A stretch of 64,000 nucleotides of DNA, taken from NCBI GenBank assembly GCA_963980225.1, contig CAXBYW010000003.1, forward strand, positions 32,431 to 96,430. The letters are read 5' to 3'. Source of the DNA: an uncultured bacterium. GTDB lineage: Bacteria; Patescibacteriota; Microgenomatia; UBA1400; MFAQ01. Below the pieces are notes generated by a model. It was not told where the DNA came from and made no database searches. It saw only the letters and a program-made list of their open reading frames with translations. This document shows, piece by piece, positions 38,686 through 48,668 of the stretch. Each line of letters begins with the position of its first letter. Within the stretch, counting starts at the first letter, position 1. Made by a program: the position numbers and the translations under genes.

Positions 38686-39576
38686 ATGTTTAACCAAGAA
38701 ATAATAAACAATTTCAAAAAAAAACTAGAACAATCAGACTCTGTTTTAGTGCTTCTTCCACCAGAGCCAGACGAGCTACTAGTCAGCTCAGGACTTGGTC
38801 TTTTTTTAAGTCTGAAAAAATCAGGTAAAAAAATCCAGATAGGTTGTTCTAACCTCGACCCAGACAAGCTACCAAAACTTCAGGGTTTAAACAGCATTAA
38901 ATCAAGTATCGGTAATAAAAATCTAATAATAAACTTTCAATTCAAAGAACAGGACCTAGACAAAGTAGACTACGATGTAGACGAAAAAGGAAATTTTCAG
39001 TTAATGGTCAAACCAAAGTCTGGCTCCCTACCCCCAGATACAGAAAACATCAACTACACTTATGGTGGTGCAGATGCCGACATGGTTATTACTCTGGGTA
39101 TAAATTCACTAGAAGAACTGGGTAAGTTGTACTCAGATGAAAAAAAATTCCTAGACCAGGCTAACATTGTCAGCTTAAACAAAGACTCTCGCCCTGCTAC
39201 CTTTGCTGCTCATAATTTCCACACCAACTCCGCCAGTTCTATTGCAGAAATAGTCGCCTTTATATTAAAAAAAACCAAGACTCAACCTACCAAGGAAGCC
39301 GCCGACCATCTATTAAAAGAAATATACTCAACTACCAATAATCTAAACACCCCCAGGGTTACAGCCGACACATTTGAGATGATCGCTTTCCTTCTAAGAA
39401 ATGGAGCCAGACCACCGGCAGTATCCCGATCAACAATAAACTTCACTCCACCAGTTCCACCAATGCCCATAGCTCCAATATTTGATCAACCTCCATCCCT
39501 AACCCAGATCCCTCCTGCCCAAGTACCATCAGACTGGAAAAAGCCAAAAATCTTTCGTTCCTCTCCCAACAAGTAG
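38686..39576 (+). CDS. DHH/NrnA-like protein with degenerate catalytic motifs and a Pro-rich C-terminal tail
   Basis: The N-terminus LVLLPPEPDELLVSSGLGLFLSLKKSGKK parallels NrnA I.SHxxPDGDAxGSxLAL.LALKKLGK, but the His/Asp metal ligands are replaced. The C-terminus reads PPVPPMPIAPIFDQPPSLTQIPPAQVPS. Confidence 0.4.
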   Translation: MFNQEIINNFKKKLEQSDSVLVLLPPEPDELLVSSGLGLFLSLKKSGKKIQIGCSNLDPDKLPKLQGLNSIKSSIGNKNLIINFQFKEQDLDKVDYDVDEKGNFQLMVKPKSGSLPPDTENINYTYGGADADMVITLGINSLEELGKLYSDEKKFLDQANIVSLNKDSRPATFAAHNFHTNSASSIAEIVAFILKKTKTQPTKEAADHLLKEIYSTTNNLNTPRVTADTFEMIAFLLRNGARPPAVSRSTINFTPPVPPMPIAPIFDQPPSLTQIPPAQVPSDWKKPKIFRSSPNK

Positions 39577-39636
39577 GTAAAACCAAAAGAAAAATATCTG
39601 ATTGACAGGAGTGTAATATAATGAGAATATAACAAT

Positions 39637-40059
39637 ATGGAAATTAATAACCCGCCCCCCGTTGAACAAGAAAAGAAGAATAGTTTTTTAGAAATAGCAA
39701 AAGGTATCGCCACTCAAAAAAGCGGTGAGTTATTGGATCGAGCTAAAAAAATTAAACCAGGACATTTAGCACTAGCGGTAGCTCTAGGCGCAGGTGCCTG
39801 GATTCTAGGTGACAGTGCAGCTGAATGGTCCATGAAGTTTGCCCACGAAGGTGAAAGTATGGTCCAGGGGTTTGCTAATATGATGGCTCAGACCGCAGAG
39901 GCTTCAGCTTATTCAGGACCCGATGCTTTAGACGCTCAAACACGATATAGTCTTGGAAGTTTCTCTTATACGTTAATACCTCTATTTGTAGGCTTAGCTG
40001 GTGGATCAATCGCTTCAGCAGCAGCAGCCTTAAGACCAGCATTTACTAGAAAACGATAA
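39637..40059 (+). CDS. hypothetical Ala/Gly-rich protein
   Basis: 140 aa. GC content is locally elevated relative to the flanks. A TATAAT lies at 39617-39622. Confidence 0.35.
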   Translation: MEINNPPPVEQEKKNSFLEIAKGIATQKSGELLDRAKKIKPGHLALAVALGAGAWILGDSAAEWSMKFAHEGESMVQGFANMMAQTAEASAYSGPDALDAQTRYSLGSFSYTLIPLFVGLAGGSIASAAAALRPAFTRKR

Positions 40060-40062
40060 AAC

Positions 40063-40446
40063 ATGACTACTGCCACTGTCCCACACATCACAATCCTTGG
40101 TTTAATCGACTTTTTAATGGATCAACTTGAAATTAAGGCAGATCGCTTAGAGGTCCGCAACCAACTTCTGTCGGCCATTATGGCTGGGTTAAATTCAAAG
40201 TTGCTAGACAACCCTCAAATATCTAGTAAGATGGGAGAGATCTCCACTCAACTTTCCGAGCAAGATCCTTTCGATAAAAACCTACAAAAAATCACTAACC
40301 ATTTGGTCAAATCAGACCTATCCGAAATCAATACAACTACTATTTTATTAACTGAGGCAAAAGATGTTTTAACAGCTTTTGTAACCAAGACAGAGGTAAG
40401 TAATAAAAAAGAACTTCTAGACAACATAAGCATCTTACTATCATAG
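40063..40446 (+). CDS. hypothetical protein
   Basis: 127 aa, acidic, no recognisable motif. Confidence 0.35.
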   Translation: MTTATVPHITILGLIDFLMDQLEIKADRLEVRNQLLSAIMAGLNSKLLDNPQISSKMGEISTQLSEQDPFDKNLQKITNHLVKSDLSEINTTTILLTEAKDVLTAFVTKTEVSNKKELLDNISILLS

Positions 40447-40461
40447 TTTCCTACTACACCA

Positions 40462-40490
40462 TTGATTTTATTGCTCATTCAATGTAAAAT
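40462..40490 (+). promoter_or_regulatory. putative rpsO promoter (TTGATT-17-TAAAAT)
   Basis: TTGATT at 40462-40467, a 17-nt spacer, TAAAAT at 40485-40490, and the rpsO ATG at 40501. Confidence 0.4.
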
Positions 40491-40500
40491 ACACCACCGT

Positions 40501-40770
40501 ATGGCATTAGATTCAAAACTAAAAGAAAAAATAATCACTAAATTTGCTGCAAGCAAAAAAGATACTGGTTCTCCTAGGGTGCAAATTGCTCTCTTAAGTA
40601 ATCAAATCAACCAGTTAACTAGTCATTTAAAAGCGCACAAAAAAGACAATCACTCAAGAAGAGGTCTTTTAAAGATCATAAGTAAAAGAAGACGACTGTT
40701 AAATTATTTAAATTCAAAAAATCCAAAAGATTTCAAAGGTTTGGTCAAAGAATTAAAAATTAGCGCATAA
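40501..40770 (+). CDS. rpsO: 30S ribosomal protein S15
   Basis: MALDSKLKEKII..., an S15 signature. The start is moved to the internal Met; the 13 codons upstream are non-conserved. Confidence 0.85.
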   Translation: MALDSKLKEKIITKFAASKKDTGSPRVQIALLSNQINQLTSHLKAHKKDNHSRRGLLKIISKRRRLLNYLNSKNPKDFKGLVKELKISA

Positions 40771-40887
40771 AATTATTAAAAAGGAAAAGTAAGTTCAGTT
40801 TGAGGAGTAAATAGAGGTCAATAAAGAATGATTTCTCTTTTCTTCTTAAACAATCACAACTTTTCTTATATTAAGAAAGGAAACAAA

Positions 40888-43104
40888 ATGAAAATTCATT
40901 CCACCACCATCGATTTAGATGGTAAAAAAATAACATTAGAAACCGGGCTTTTAGCTCCTCAAGCTTCTGGTGCTGTTACTGCTCGTTGTGGCGACACATT
41001 AGTTTTGGCCACCGTAGTAAACGGAGGTGAAGTAGAAGGGTTAGATTATTTTCCCTTACAGGTAGAGTACAGAGACAAACATTACGCAGGTGGCATAATC
41101 TCTTCTTCTAGGTTTGTAAAAAGAGAAACCAGGCCATCAGATAACGAGACTTTAACAGCAAGACTAATAGACCGTTCTATTAGACCTCTCTTCCCAGAAG
41201 GATATAAGGAAGAAGTTCAAGTGTTGGTAAACCCTCTAGCTATAGACGGTGTAAACGAACCAGAAATCTTGGGAGCAATCGCTACCTCTGCAGCTTTGGC
41301 AATCTCTAACATTCCTTGGAATGGTCCCCTGGGAGCCGTCCGTATGGGTACAGATAAAGATGGTAAGTTTTTAACAAACCCCACCAATGAACAAATAAAA
41401 GAATCAAAATTAGACCTACTAGTCTCTGGTACTGCTGATTCTATTGCCATGGTAGAGACAGCTGCTCAAGAGGCGACCGAAGAAACAGTTTTGAAAGCTC
41501 TAAAAGCAAGTCAGCCCCATCTAGACACCATTGTTTCAGCCATAAACGAACTAGTCGCTAAGGTCTCTCCTACAAAAACCAAAGTGGTTACAAAAGACCT
41601 AGACAAGGACAAGGTTGCTTTAGTAAAAAAAGAACTAGGCAGTCTAGAAGATTTAGTCAAAGGACTGGCCGACAAGACTGTGGGTTTCTCACCTACCGTC
41701 AAAGCAGTAACTGAAAAACACGAAGATTTAACTGGTAAAGAGGTCAGTAAAATAATAGACAGTCTAACCAAAGACTTCATCAGAGAGCAAACCTTAGATA
41801 AGAACATTCGCCCAGACGGTCGTTCTCCAGAAGATATTAGAGATATAAGCTCACAAGTTTCTCTGATTCCCATGGTCCACGGTTCCGGTCTTTTCCAAAG
41901 AGGACTAACTCATGTTTTAAGTATAGTTACTCTAGCTAGCCCAGACAAAGAACAGTTAATCGACGGCATGAAAGGTGAAGAAACCAAAAGATATATTCAT
42001 CACTACAATATGCCAGGTTACGCTGTGGGAGAACCTAGAAGAATGGGTTTCACCAACAGACGTGAGGTTGGCCACGGTGCTCTAGCCAGCAAGGCTCTTG
42101 AACCAGTACTGCCTTCTCATGACAAATTCCCTTACACGATAAGAGTCGTCTCTGAAGTAATGTCTGGAAACGGCAGCACATCTCAGGGTGCAGTTTGTGG
42201 ATCTACTCTTTCTTTAATGGACGCTGGTGTTCCAATTAAAAGTCCAGTTGCTGGTGTTGCCATGGGTCTTATTACCGATGGTAAAAAATACATAACCCTA
42301 AGTGATATTAGTGGTTTAGAGGATCATACAGGAGACATGGACTTCAAGGTCGCTGGAACCAAAGAGGGTATCACCGCCATCCAGATGGACGTAAAGGTTC
42401 CTGGTGTGAGCGCAGATGTTTTAGGTGAAGCTTTAGAACAAGCCAAGAAAGCTAGGCTTCATATATTGGAGAAAATGCTCAAAGCCATTGATAAACCAAG
42501 AGAGAAGATTAGTCCAAACGCTCCTCACATAGAAACCATAACTATCGACCCAGAAAAAATCGGCGAAATCATTGGGCCCGGTGGTAAGATAATCCGCCAA
42601 ATCCAAAAAGATTTTGAGGTGGAGATTGGTGTGGAAGACACTGGTGTTATAAGTATCACTGGTAAAAAAGCTGATAAAACTCAAGAGGCCAAAGAATATA
42701 TTACCAATATGACTGCAGAGGCTGAGGTAGGAAAAATCTATAAAGGCATGGTCACTAGAGTTGAGCCTTACGGCGCTTTTGTAGAAGTTCTACCAGGTAA
42801 ACAGGGTTTAATTCATATCTCCAAACTAAGCAATGATTATGTGGATAATGCTAGTGATGTTGTTAGTGTGGGTGATTCCATGGAGGTCAAGGTTTACGAA
42901 GTAGATGACCAGGGAAGAATTAACCTACAACCGGCGAACATGGCTCCTAAATCCATCGATCGTCCTCGACCTTCAGGCCAGTCAAGTAGAGGTAAGACTT
43001 TTTCATCTGCTGAGAAACCAAGGTTTCAGGTTGGTGATAAACCAAGGTCAAGTAGACCAGCAAGGTCTCAAAGACCAGCCAAAAAGTTCCAAGACCACCG
43101 ATAA
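40888..43104 (+). CDS. pnp: polynucleotide phosphorylase
   Basis: Two RNase PH domains, KH and S1 (GKIYKGMVTRVEPYGAFVEV). The start is set at MKIHSTT, which follows an AAAGGAAA RBS. Confidence 0.9.
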   Translation: MKIHSTTIDLDGKKITLETGLLAPQASGAVTARCGDTLVLATVVNGGEVEGLDYFPLQVEYRDKHYAGGIISSSRFVKRETRPSDNETLTARLIDRSIRPLFPEGYKEEVQVLVNPLAIDGVNEPEILGAIATSAALAISNIPWNGPLGAVRMGTDKDGKFLTNPTNEQIKESKLDLLVSGTADSIAMVETAAQEATEETVLKALKASQPHLDTIVSAINELVAKVSPTKTKVVTKDLDKDKVALVKKELGSLEDLVKGLADKTVGFSPTVKAVTEKHEDLTGKEVSKIIDSLTKDFIREQTLDKNIRPDGRSPEDIRDISSQVSLIPMVHGSGLFQRGLTHVLSIVTLASPDKEQLIDGMKGEETKRYIHHYNMPGYAVGEPRRMGFTNRREVGHGALASKALEPVLPSHDKFPYTIRVVSEVMSGNGSTSQGAVCGSTLSLMDAGVPIKSPVAGVAMGLITDGKKYITLSDISGLEDHTGDMDFKVAGTKEGITAIQMDVKVPGVSADVLGEALEQAKKARLHILEKMLKAIDKPREKISPNAPHIETITIDPEKIGEIIGPGGKIIRQIQKDFEVEIGVEDTGVISITGKKADKTQEAKEYITNMTAEAEVGKIYKGMVTRVEPYGAFVEVLPGKQGLIHISKLSNDYVDNASDVVSVGDSMEVKVYEVDDQGRINLQPANMAPKSIDRPRPSGQSSRGKTFSSAEKPRFQVGDKPRSSRPARSQRPAKKFQDHR

Positions 43105-43125
43105 TTTCGTATACTAAAAGCTACC

Positions 43126-44184
43126 ATGCCCACTCAAAATAACCAAGAACTGGTAAAAAAAGACATACTTGATCTCCAGCAAAAACTAAAATCTGTCAGT
43201 CTTCCCGGAGACTTAAGTCTAAAAGCAAGTTCTATGGTAGATAGGTTGGAGAGAATGTTCTTTCAGGGTTTCTATTCCCAAGAATTTGAAAAGACTCGTC
43301 ACTATATAGATTGGATAACCAAGGTTCCTTGGGACAAGCGAGCTGAAAGAGCCATAGATCTCACTCTTATAAAAAACACCTTAGACAAACATCACCATGG
43401 TATGGGAGAGGTTAAAGAAAGAATATTAGAGTACATGTCTGTTTTAAAACTTAGAACAGAAAAAGGTCTGGGCACCGCTAGGGCCCCCATTATATTTCTT
43501 GTCGGCTTAGTTGGTACAGGAAAAACTACTTTTGCCTACGCTCTATCAGAAGCCCTTGGTCGTCCAGTTGCCAGGGTCCCCTTTGGTGGTATGGGGAGTG
43601 CCAGAGATCTAAGAGGTCAGTCTAGCCTACATCTAGAGTCAGAACCAGGCCACATAATTAAAGCCCTAACTCAAGTTAACGTTAAAAACCCAATTATCTT
43701 ACTAGACGAAATCGATAGGGTTACAGAAGAAGCTCGTGCAGACATAATGGGTGTTTTGGTAGAACTTCTAGATCCCAGTCAAAATAATCGTTTCTTAGAT
43801 CACTACATAGACCACCCAGTGGATCTTTCAGAGGTCCTCTTTATTGCTACTGGCAATAACACAAGTAATGTTGCCACAGCAGTTTTAGACAGACTAGAAC
43901 CGATAAGAATGCCTAGCTATACAGACCAAGAGAAAATCACCATTGCCAAGGACTATCTTCTACCCAAAGCAATTGAACTAGCAGGTTTAGATGTAAACAC
44001 AATTATTATAGATGAGGAACTTTGGCCAAACATCGTCAGGCCACTAGGATATGATGCTGGTATAAGAACTCTAAATAGAAACATAGAAGGAATTGTTAGA
44101 AAAACAGCTAAAATGATAGTAGAGAAAAAAGCTCAAACAATCCATCTGACTAAAGACAATATTAAAGATTACTTACCTAAATAA
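43126..44184 (+). CDS. Lon-type AAA+ ATPase module with no peptidase domain and no Lon N-domain
   Basis: LDKHHHGMGEVKERILEYMSV matches the Lon LDxDHYGLxxVKERILEYLAV block. Walker A GLVGTGKTT and Walker B ILLDEIDR are present, as is the alpha-helical lid up to the NIKDYL(G) position. The ORF stops where the S16 protease domain would begin. Confidence 0.7.
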   Translation: MPTQNNQELVKKDILDLQQKLKSVSLPGDLSLKASSMVDRLERMFFQGFYSQEFEKTRHYIDWITKVPWDKRAERAIDLTLIKNTLDKHHHGMGEVKERILEYMSVLKLRTEKGLGTARAPIIFLVGLVGTGKTTFAYALSEALGRPVARVPFGGMGSARDLRGQSSLHLESEPGHIIKALTQVNVKNPIILLDEIDRVTEEARADIMGVLVELLDPSQNNRFLDHYIDHPVDLSEVLFIATGNNTSNVATAVLDRLEPIRMPSYTDQEKITIAKDYLLPKAIELAGLDVNTIIIDEELWPNIVRPLGYDAGIRTLNRNIEGIVRKTAKMIVEKKAQTIHLTKDNIKDYLPK

Positions 44185-44189
44185 AACAA

Positions 44190-45854
44190 ATGAAACCAAT
44201 CAACAGTCCTAAATTAAAGCTAATACCTCTTGGTGGAGTAGGTGAAGTCACTAAAAACATGTATGTATACGAGTACGGCAAGTTCCAACTAATCGTCGAT
44301 TGTGGCATTGGTTTCCCAGATGACTCCACTCCAGGTGTAGATTTTCTAATTCCAGATATATCTTACCTAGAGAAGTCAAAGAAAAAAATACTTGGAATTA
44401 TTGTTACTCATGGTCACATGGATCACTATGGCGGTTTACCCTTTATCCTTCCCAGACTTCCAAACGTTCTAGTATTTGGTTCCACCTTGGCTATGGCCAT
44501 GACAGAGGCAAGGATTAGAGAGTATGGGCTAAAAACTAAGCTTCAGGTCGTAGAAAAAGAATTAAAGCTTGGTCCGTTCTCTATAGAATTTGTCCACATG
44601 ACTCATTCCACTCCAAACGCAAAACATCTTTTTATCAAAACTCCGACTGCCAGTGTTTACCATGGCGCAGACTATAAAATAGACCTTAATCCACCAGACA
44701 ACAAACCACCAGACCTAGCCACCGTCGCCAGAATAGGAAAGCAAGGTGTTGACCTGTTTCTAACAGACTGTTTGGGTATAGAAAAAGAAGGTTCAACTCC
44801 ATCAGAAAAGCTGATTCAAAATACCTTAGACGAGCAGGTAAGGACCACTAAGGGAAAGTTTATTTTAACCACCATCTCCTCATCTATTTCTAGAATAGAA
44901 ATGGCTATACAAGCAGCTACTAAACACAATCGTAAGGTTGCTTTAGTTGGTTTCTCCGTTGTTAAAAACGTAGAAATGGCTCAAAAACTTGGTTTCATTA
45001 ATATTCCCAAAGGAGCAATAATAAAGGCAGAGCAAGTAAAACATCTTCCTCCTCATCAAGTAGCCATAATCATTGCTGGTGCTCAAGGTCAAGTGGGGTC
45101 TGGGCTTTACAAGTTAGCAGCAGGAGAACACCGCCACCTTAAACTACAGTCTCAAGACAAAGTAGTATTAAGTTCTAGTGTTATTCCCGGTAGTGAATCT
45201 GGAGTCTATAACCTAATTGACACACTTTATCAGCAAGGAGTGTCTGTTTCTTACTTCGGAAACACCAAAAACCTTCACGTTTCCGGCCATGGGTACAAGC
45301 AAGATTTAAAACTACTCCTTAATTTAGCCAACCCTAAAAACGTTATTCCAATAGGTGGAGACATAAGGCATATGTATCTTTATCAAGAAATGGCTCTTGA
45401 GTCTGGCTATACCAAACAGCAATCTCCAATTTTAAAGGATGGTCAAACCATAATAATAGACCAGGGTAAATTAAGCGATGGCGGGCACGTAGACAACAAA
45501 AACATATACGTAGACGGATTAGGTGTGGGCGACGTCGGCTCTACAATCTTAAGGGACAGGCAAGCAATGGCTTCGGATGGGATCCTACTAGCAGTAATTC
45601 CCATCAGCTCTCAAACCAGCCAGGTAGTTGGAAACATAGAGATAATTTCCAAGGGTTTTGTCTATATGAAAAAATCTAAGTCTTTAATAGAAAAAACCAA
45701 AACAAATATTAATGAAAGTTTAAAAGGACTCCAAAAAACAAAAATAAAAGATGAGATATATATTAAAAAAAGAGTAGAAGAATCGCTAGAGAAATATCTC
45801 TACCAACAAACAGAAAGAAGGCCCTTAATAATTGCCGTCCTCCTTAAAGTTTAA
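44190..45854 (+). CDS. rnj: ribonuclease J (metallo-beta-lactamase/beta-CASP)
   Basis: KLIPLGGVGEV..., the HGHMDHYGG motif, and RNase J length. Confidence 0.85.
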   Translation: MKPINSPKLKLIPLGGVGEVTKNMYVYEYGKFQLIVDCGIGFPDDSTPGVDFLIPDISYLEKSKKKILGIIVTHGHMDHYGGLPFILPRLPNVLVFGSTLAMAMTEARIREYGLKTKLQVVEKELKLGPFSIEFVHMTHSTPNAKHLFIKTPTASVYHGADYKIDLNPPDNKPPDLATVARIGKQGVDLFLTDCLGIEKEGSTPSEKLIQNTLDEQVRTTKGKFILTTISSSISRIEMAIQAATKHNRKVALVGFSVVKNVEMAQKLGFINIPKGAIIKAEQVKHLPPHQVAIIIAGAQGQVGSGLYKLAAGEHRHLKLQSQDKVVLSSSVIPGSESGVYNLIDTLYQQGVSVSYFGNTKNLHVSGHGYKQDLKLLLNLANPKNVIPIGGDIRHMYLYQEMALESGYTKQQSPILKDGQTIIIDQGKLSDGGHVDNKNIYVDGLGVGDVGSTILRDRQAMASDGILLAVIPISSQTSQVVGNIEIISKGFVYMKKSKSLIEKTKTNINESLKGLQKTKIKDEIYIKKRVEESLEKYLYQQTERRPLIIAVLLKV

Positions 45855-45872
45855 GTTATACTAAACATACTT

Positions 45873-47990
45873 ATGGCTAGAAAACGTGGAAGAAGATCCA
45901 AACCTTTCAAACTTAATTTAAAAAAAGACACAACCAACTCAATATTGGCCATTATCATCGTCTCTATTGGGGGTCTTTTAGCCATCTCTTTTTCTAGGCA
46001 AGGACCAATTTTGAGTACAGTTTATGACACGGGAAGCAACCTTCTTGGTTGGACATACATACTGACTCCATTTATTTTTGTGTCCAGTGGATTGCTACTT
46101 ACTAAAGTTAAGTGGCCAATAGCCACTCCTCAGGTATTTATAGGTTCTCTGGTTACTTTAATCTCGTTTTCAGGACTTACTAAATCTGGCCAGGTTGGTC
46201 AACAACTTTTCCTGTCTATTGGTGCGTTAATTACTTCACCAGGAGCATACTTGTTCTACTTAGCCGGTGTTTTTATTGGTGTAATTGTTCTTTTTGAGAC
46301 ATCAATAGAGGATCTTTCTGTTGGTTTTAATACTCTCAATAAAAAGATAAAAAAAATCTTATCCGGTTTTAAATCATCCACCTCCAAACGACCCGCTTTT
46401 TCGACTAAGCCAGGTAAATTTAAAATTAAAGGCCTCTCTTCCGAAGACAAAAAGGAAGAAGACGTCAGTTCATCACCTCCAAAAAACATTCCTCCGATTA
46501 GATCTAATATAGAGGCCCAACCAACAACTAAAACAGAAAACCTTATCTGGAATCCACCACCACTCAGTCTACTATCAAGTGAAAAATCAGCCAAAGCCGA
46601 TCGGGGTGACATTAATGCAAACGCTGCCATTATAGAAAAAACTCTTGATTCATTTGGTATTGCCGCCAAGGTAGTAGAAGTAAACCAGGGTCCAGCTGTT
46701 ACTCAATACGCAATCGAGATAGCTTTGGGTACAAAATTAAGTAAAATAACCGCCCGTCAATCGGATCTTGCCTTGGCCTTAGCTGCCCCTCAAGGCCACA
46801 TCAGAATAGAAGCTCCAATTCCTGGGAGATCCTTAGTTGGTGTTGAGATTCCCAATAAATCCTTAGAGTTTGTTTCCATCAGAGAGATGCTTAGTTCAAA
46901 TGCGATGAAAGAGAAAAAATCTCGTACCATAGTTGCCTTAGGTTTAGATGTTGCTGGCGAACCTACAGTTGCAGATATTGCTAAAATGCCTCACACGCTT
47001 ATCGCCGGCGCCACAGGTTCTGGAAAATCAGTAACAATCAATTCATTTATCGCATCAATTCTTTTTAGGGCTTCACCAGAAGAGGTCAAGTTTATTATGG
47101 TAGACCCTAAAAGGGTTGAGCTCACTGGATACAACGGTATCCCTCACTTATTAACCCCAGTCATTGTAGACCCAGAAAAAGTGGTCAATGCTCTTGGTTG
47201 GGCCACCGCAGAGATGGAAAGACGATATAAGCTCTTCCAGGAAGTTGGTGTAAGAAATATTGCTGCTTACAATGAACTATCTGGCTTCCAAGCAATGCCA
47301 TTTATTGTCATAATAATAGATGAGCTAGCAGATATCATGCTAATTGCTCCAAATGAAGTAGAAGAGAAGATTACTCGACTTGCCCAAATGGCTAGAGCGG
47401 TGGGAATTCATCTAGTCCTTGCCACACAAAGACCATCTGTGAATGTCATTACGGGTTTAATCAAAGCCAATATTCCTTGTAGAATTGCTTTTCAAGTCAC
47501 CTCTATGATCGATTCAAGAGTTATTATTGATACTCCTGGTGCAGAAAAATTACTAGGTAGGGGAGATATGTTATATGTTCCTCCAGATCAGGCGAAACCA
47601 AAACGAATCCAAGGAGCCTTCATCTCAGATAAGGAAATCAAAGATTTGATCAGTCACTTAAAAAGCACCAACACTACCCCAGAATATGAAGAGGAGATCA
47701 TACAAAAGATAAGTACTTCTGCCGCAGTCGGATTAGACGGTCAAGACATGGGGGACTTAGACGATTTATTCAAAGAGGCAGTTAGTGTTTGTCTGAACAA
47801 CAACAAAGCATCCGCCTCATTATTGCAACGCCGACTTTCCATTGGGTATGCCCGTGCCGCCAGAATAATAGATCAGTTGGAAAGATCCGGTTTAGTATCC
47901 GCACCAGAAGGTAATAAGCCTAGAGAAGTATTATCAGAAGGAGCCAAAGCATTCCTTTTGAAAAATCCTGCCGGGGACGATTCTAATTAA
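45873..47990 (+). CDS. ftsK: DNA translocase FtsK/SpoIIIE
   Basis: N-terminal TMs, a linker, Walker A GATGSGKS, Walker B IIIDELAD and a gamma-domain wHTH (LLQRRLSIGYARAARIIDQLE). Confidence 0.9.
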   Translation: MARKRGRRSKPFKLNLKKDTTNSILAIIIVSIGGLLAISFSRQGPILSTVYDTGSNLLGWTYILTPFIFVSSGLLLTKVKWPIATPQVFIGSLVTLISFSGLTKSGQVGQQLFLSIGALITSPGAYLFYLAGVFIGVIVLFETSIEDLSVGFNTLNKKIKKILSGFKSSTSKRPAFSTKPGKFKIKGLSSEDKKEEDVSSSPPKNIPPIRSNIEAQPTTKTENLIWNPPPLSLLSSEKSAKADRGDINANAAIIEKTLDSFGIAAKVVEVNQGPAVTQYAIEIALGTKLSKITARQSDLALALAAPQGHIRIEAPIPGRSLVGVEIPNKSLEFVSIREMLSSNAMKEKKSRTIVALGLDVAGEPTVADIAKMPHTLIAGATGSGKSVTINSFIASILFRASPEEVKFIMVDPKRVELTGYNGIPHLLTPVIVDPEKVVNALGWATAEMERRYKLFQEVGVRNIAAYNELSGFQAMPFIVIIIDELADIMLIAPNEVEEKITRLAQMARAVGIHLVLATQRPSVNVITGLIKANIPCRIAFQVTSMIDSRVIIDTPGAEKLLGRGDMLYVPPDQAKPKRIQGAFISDKEIKDLISHLKSTNTTPEYEEEIIQKISTSAAVGLDGQDMGDLDDLFKEAVSVCLNNNKASASLLQRRLSIGYARAARIIDQLERSGLVSAPEGNKPREVLSEGAKAFLLKNPAGDDSN

Positions 47991-47997
47991 ATAAACT

Positions 47998-48624
47998 ATG
48001 AAAACGGTAGGAGAACTACTTGTCAATGCTAGAACATCTAAGAATATTACTATTGAAAGTCTGTCTATTATCACCAAAATAGACCCAGACCATATTCGAA
48101 ATCTAGAAAAAAACCAATACGACAAACTTCCCCCTCCTACATTTATCAAAGGGTTCATAAGAAATATATCCACAGTGCTTGACCAAAACCCAGAGGAATT
48201 GATAGCTGTTTTTCGTCGCGACTACCTTTCTCCTAAACCTAATCAAAATCCCACTATCATAAAAAAGAAAACAAAGAAAAAATTGCAGGTTAATTCTCAA
48301 TTATCATTAGTATTTTTGGGTGCTGCCATCTTTGTTCTCTATCTTGGTTTTCAGCTTCGGGCCTATGTTGTTCCACCGAAACTAAGCATAACTCAACCTT
48401 TACCTAAGGCGGTTGTTACTTCTCCGCTGTCAATAGAGGGTCTCACCGACTCAGGATCCATAGTCCAGGTAAATCAAAACACTCCTTTATATCCAGACTC
48501 TTCAGGTTATTTTATAACTAACATATCACTTCCTTCCATGGAAACAGAAATAGAAGTCACTAGTACAAATCGTTTTGGTAGAACCACCAAAAAATCAATT
48601 CCTATCACCATTATTACCCAGTGA
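47998..48624 (+). CDS. RodZ-like cytoskeleton protein (HTH, TM, C-terminal domain)
   Basis: N-terminal HTH (TVGELLVNARTSKNITIESLS...IRNLE), a central TM and a C-terminal beta-domain. Confidence 0.55.
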   Translation: MKTVGELLVNARTSKNITIESLSIITKIDPDHIRNLEKNQYDKLPPPTFIKGFIRNISTVLDQNPEELIAVFRRDYLSPKPNQNPTIIKKKTKKKLQVNSQLSLVFLGAAIFVLYLGFQLRAYVVPPKLSITQPLPKAVVTSPLSIEGLTDSGSIVQVNQNTPLYPDSSGYFITNISLPSMETEIEVTSTNRFGRTTKKSIPITIITQ

Positions 48625-48668
48625 GGCAAAAAGTTGCATTATAGTAACTAAAATAGCATACTTAAATA

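Noticed and set aside
39602-39622. TTGACA and TATAAT pair upstream of the 39637 gene as a canonical promoter
   Set aside because: The spacer between the hexamers is only 9 nt, so they cannot form one sigma70 promoter. Only the TATAAT is kept, as a weak -10 candidate.
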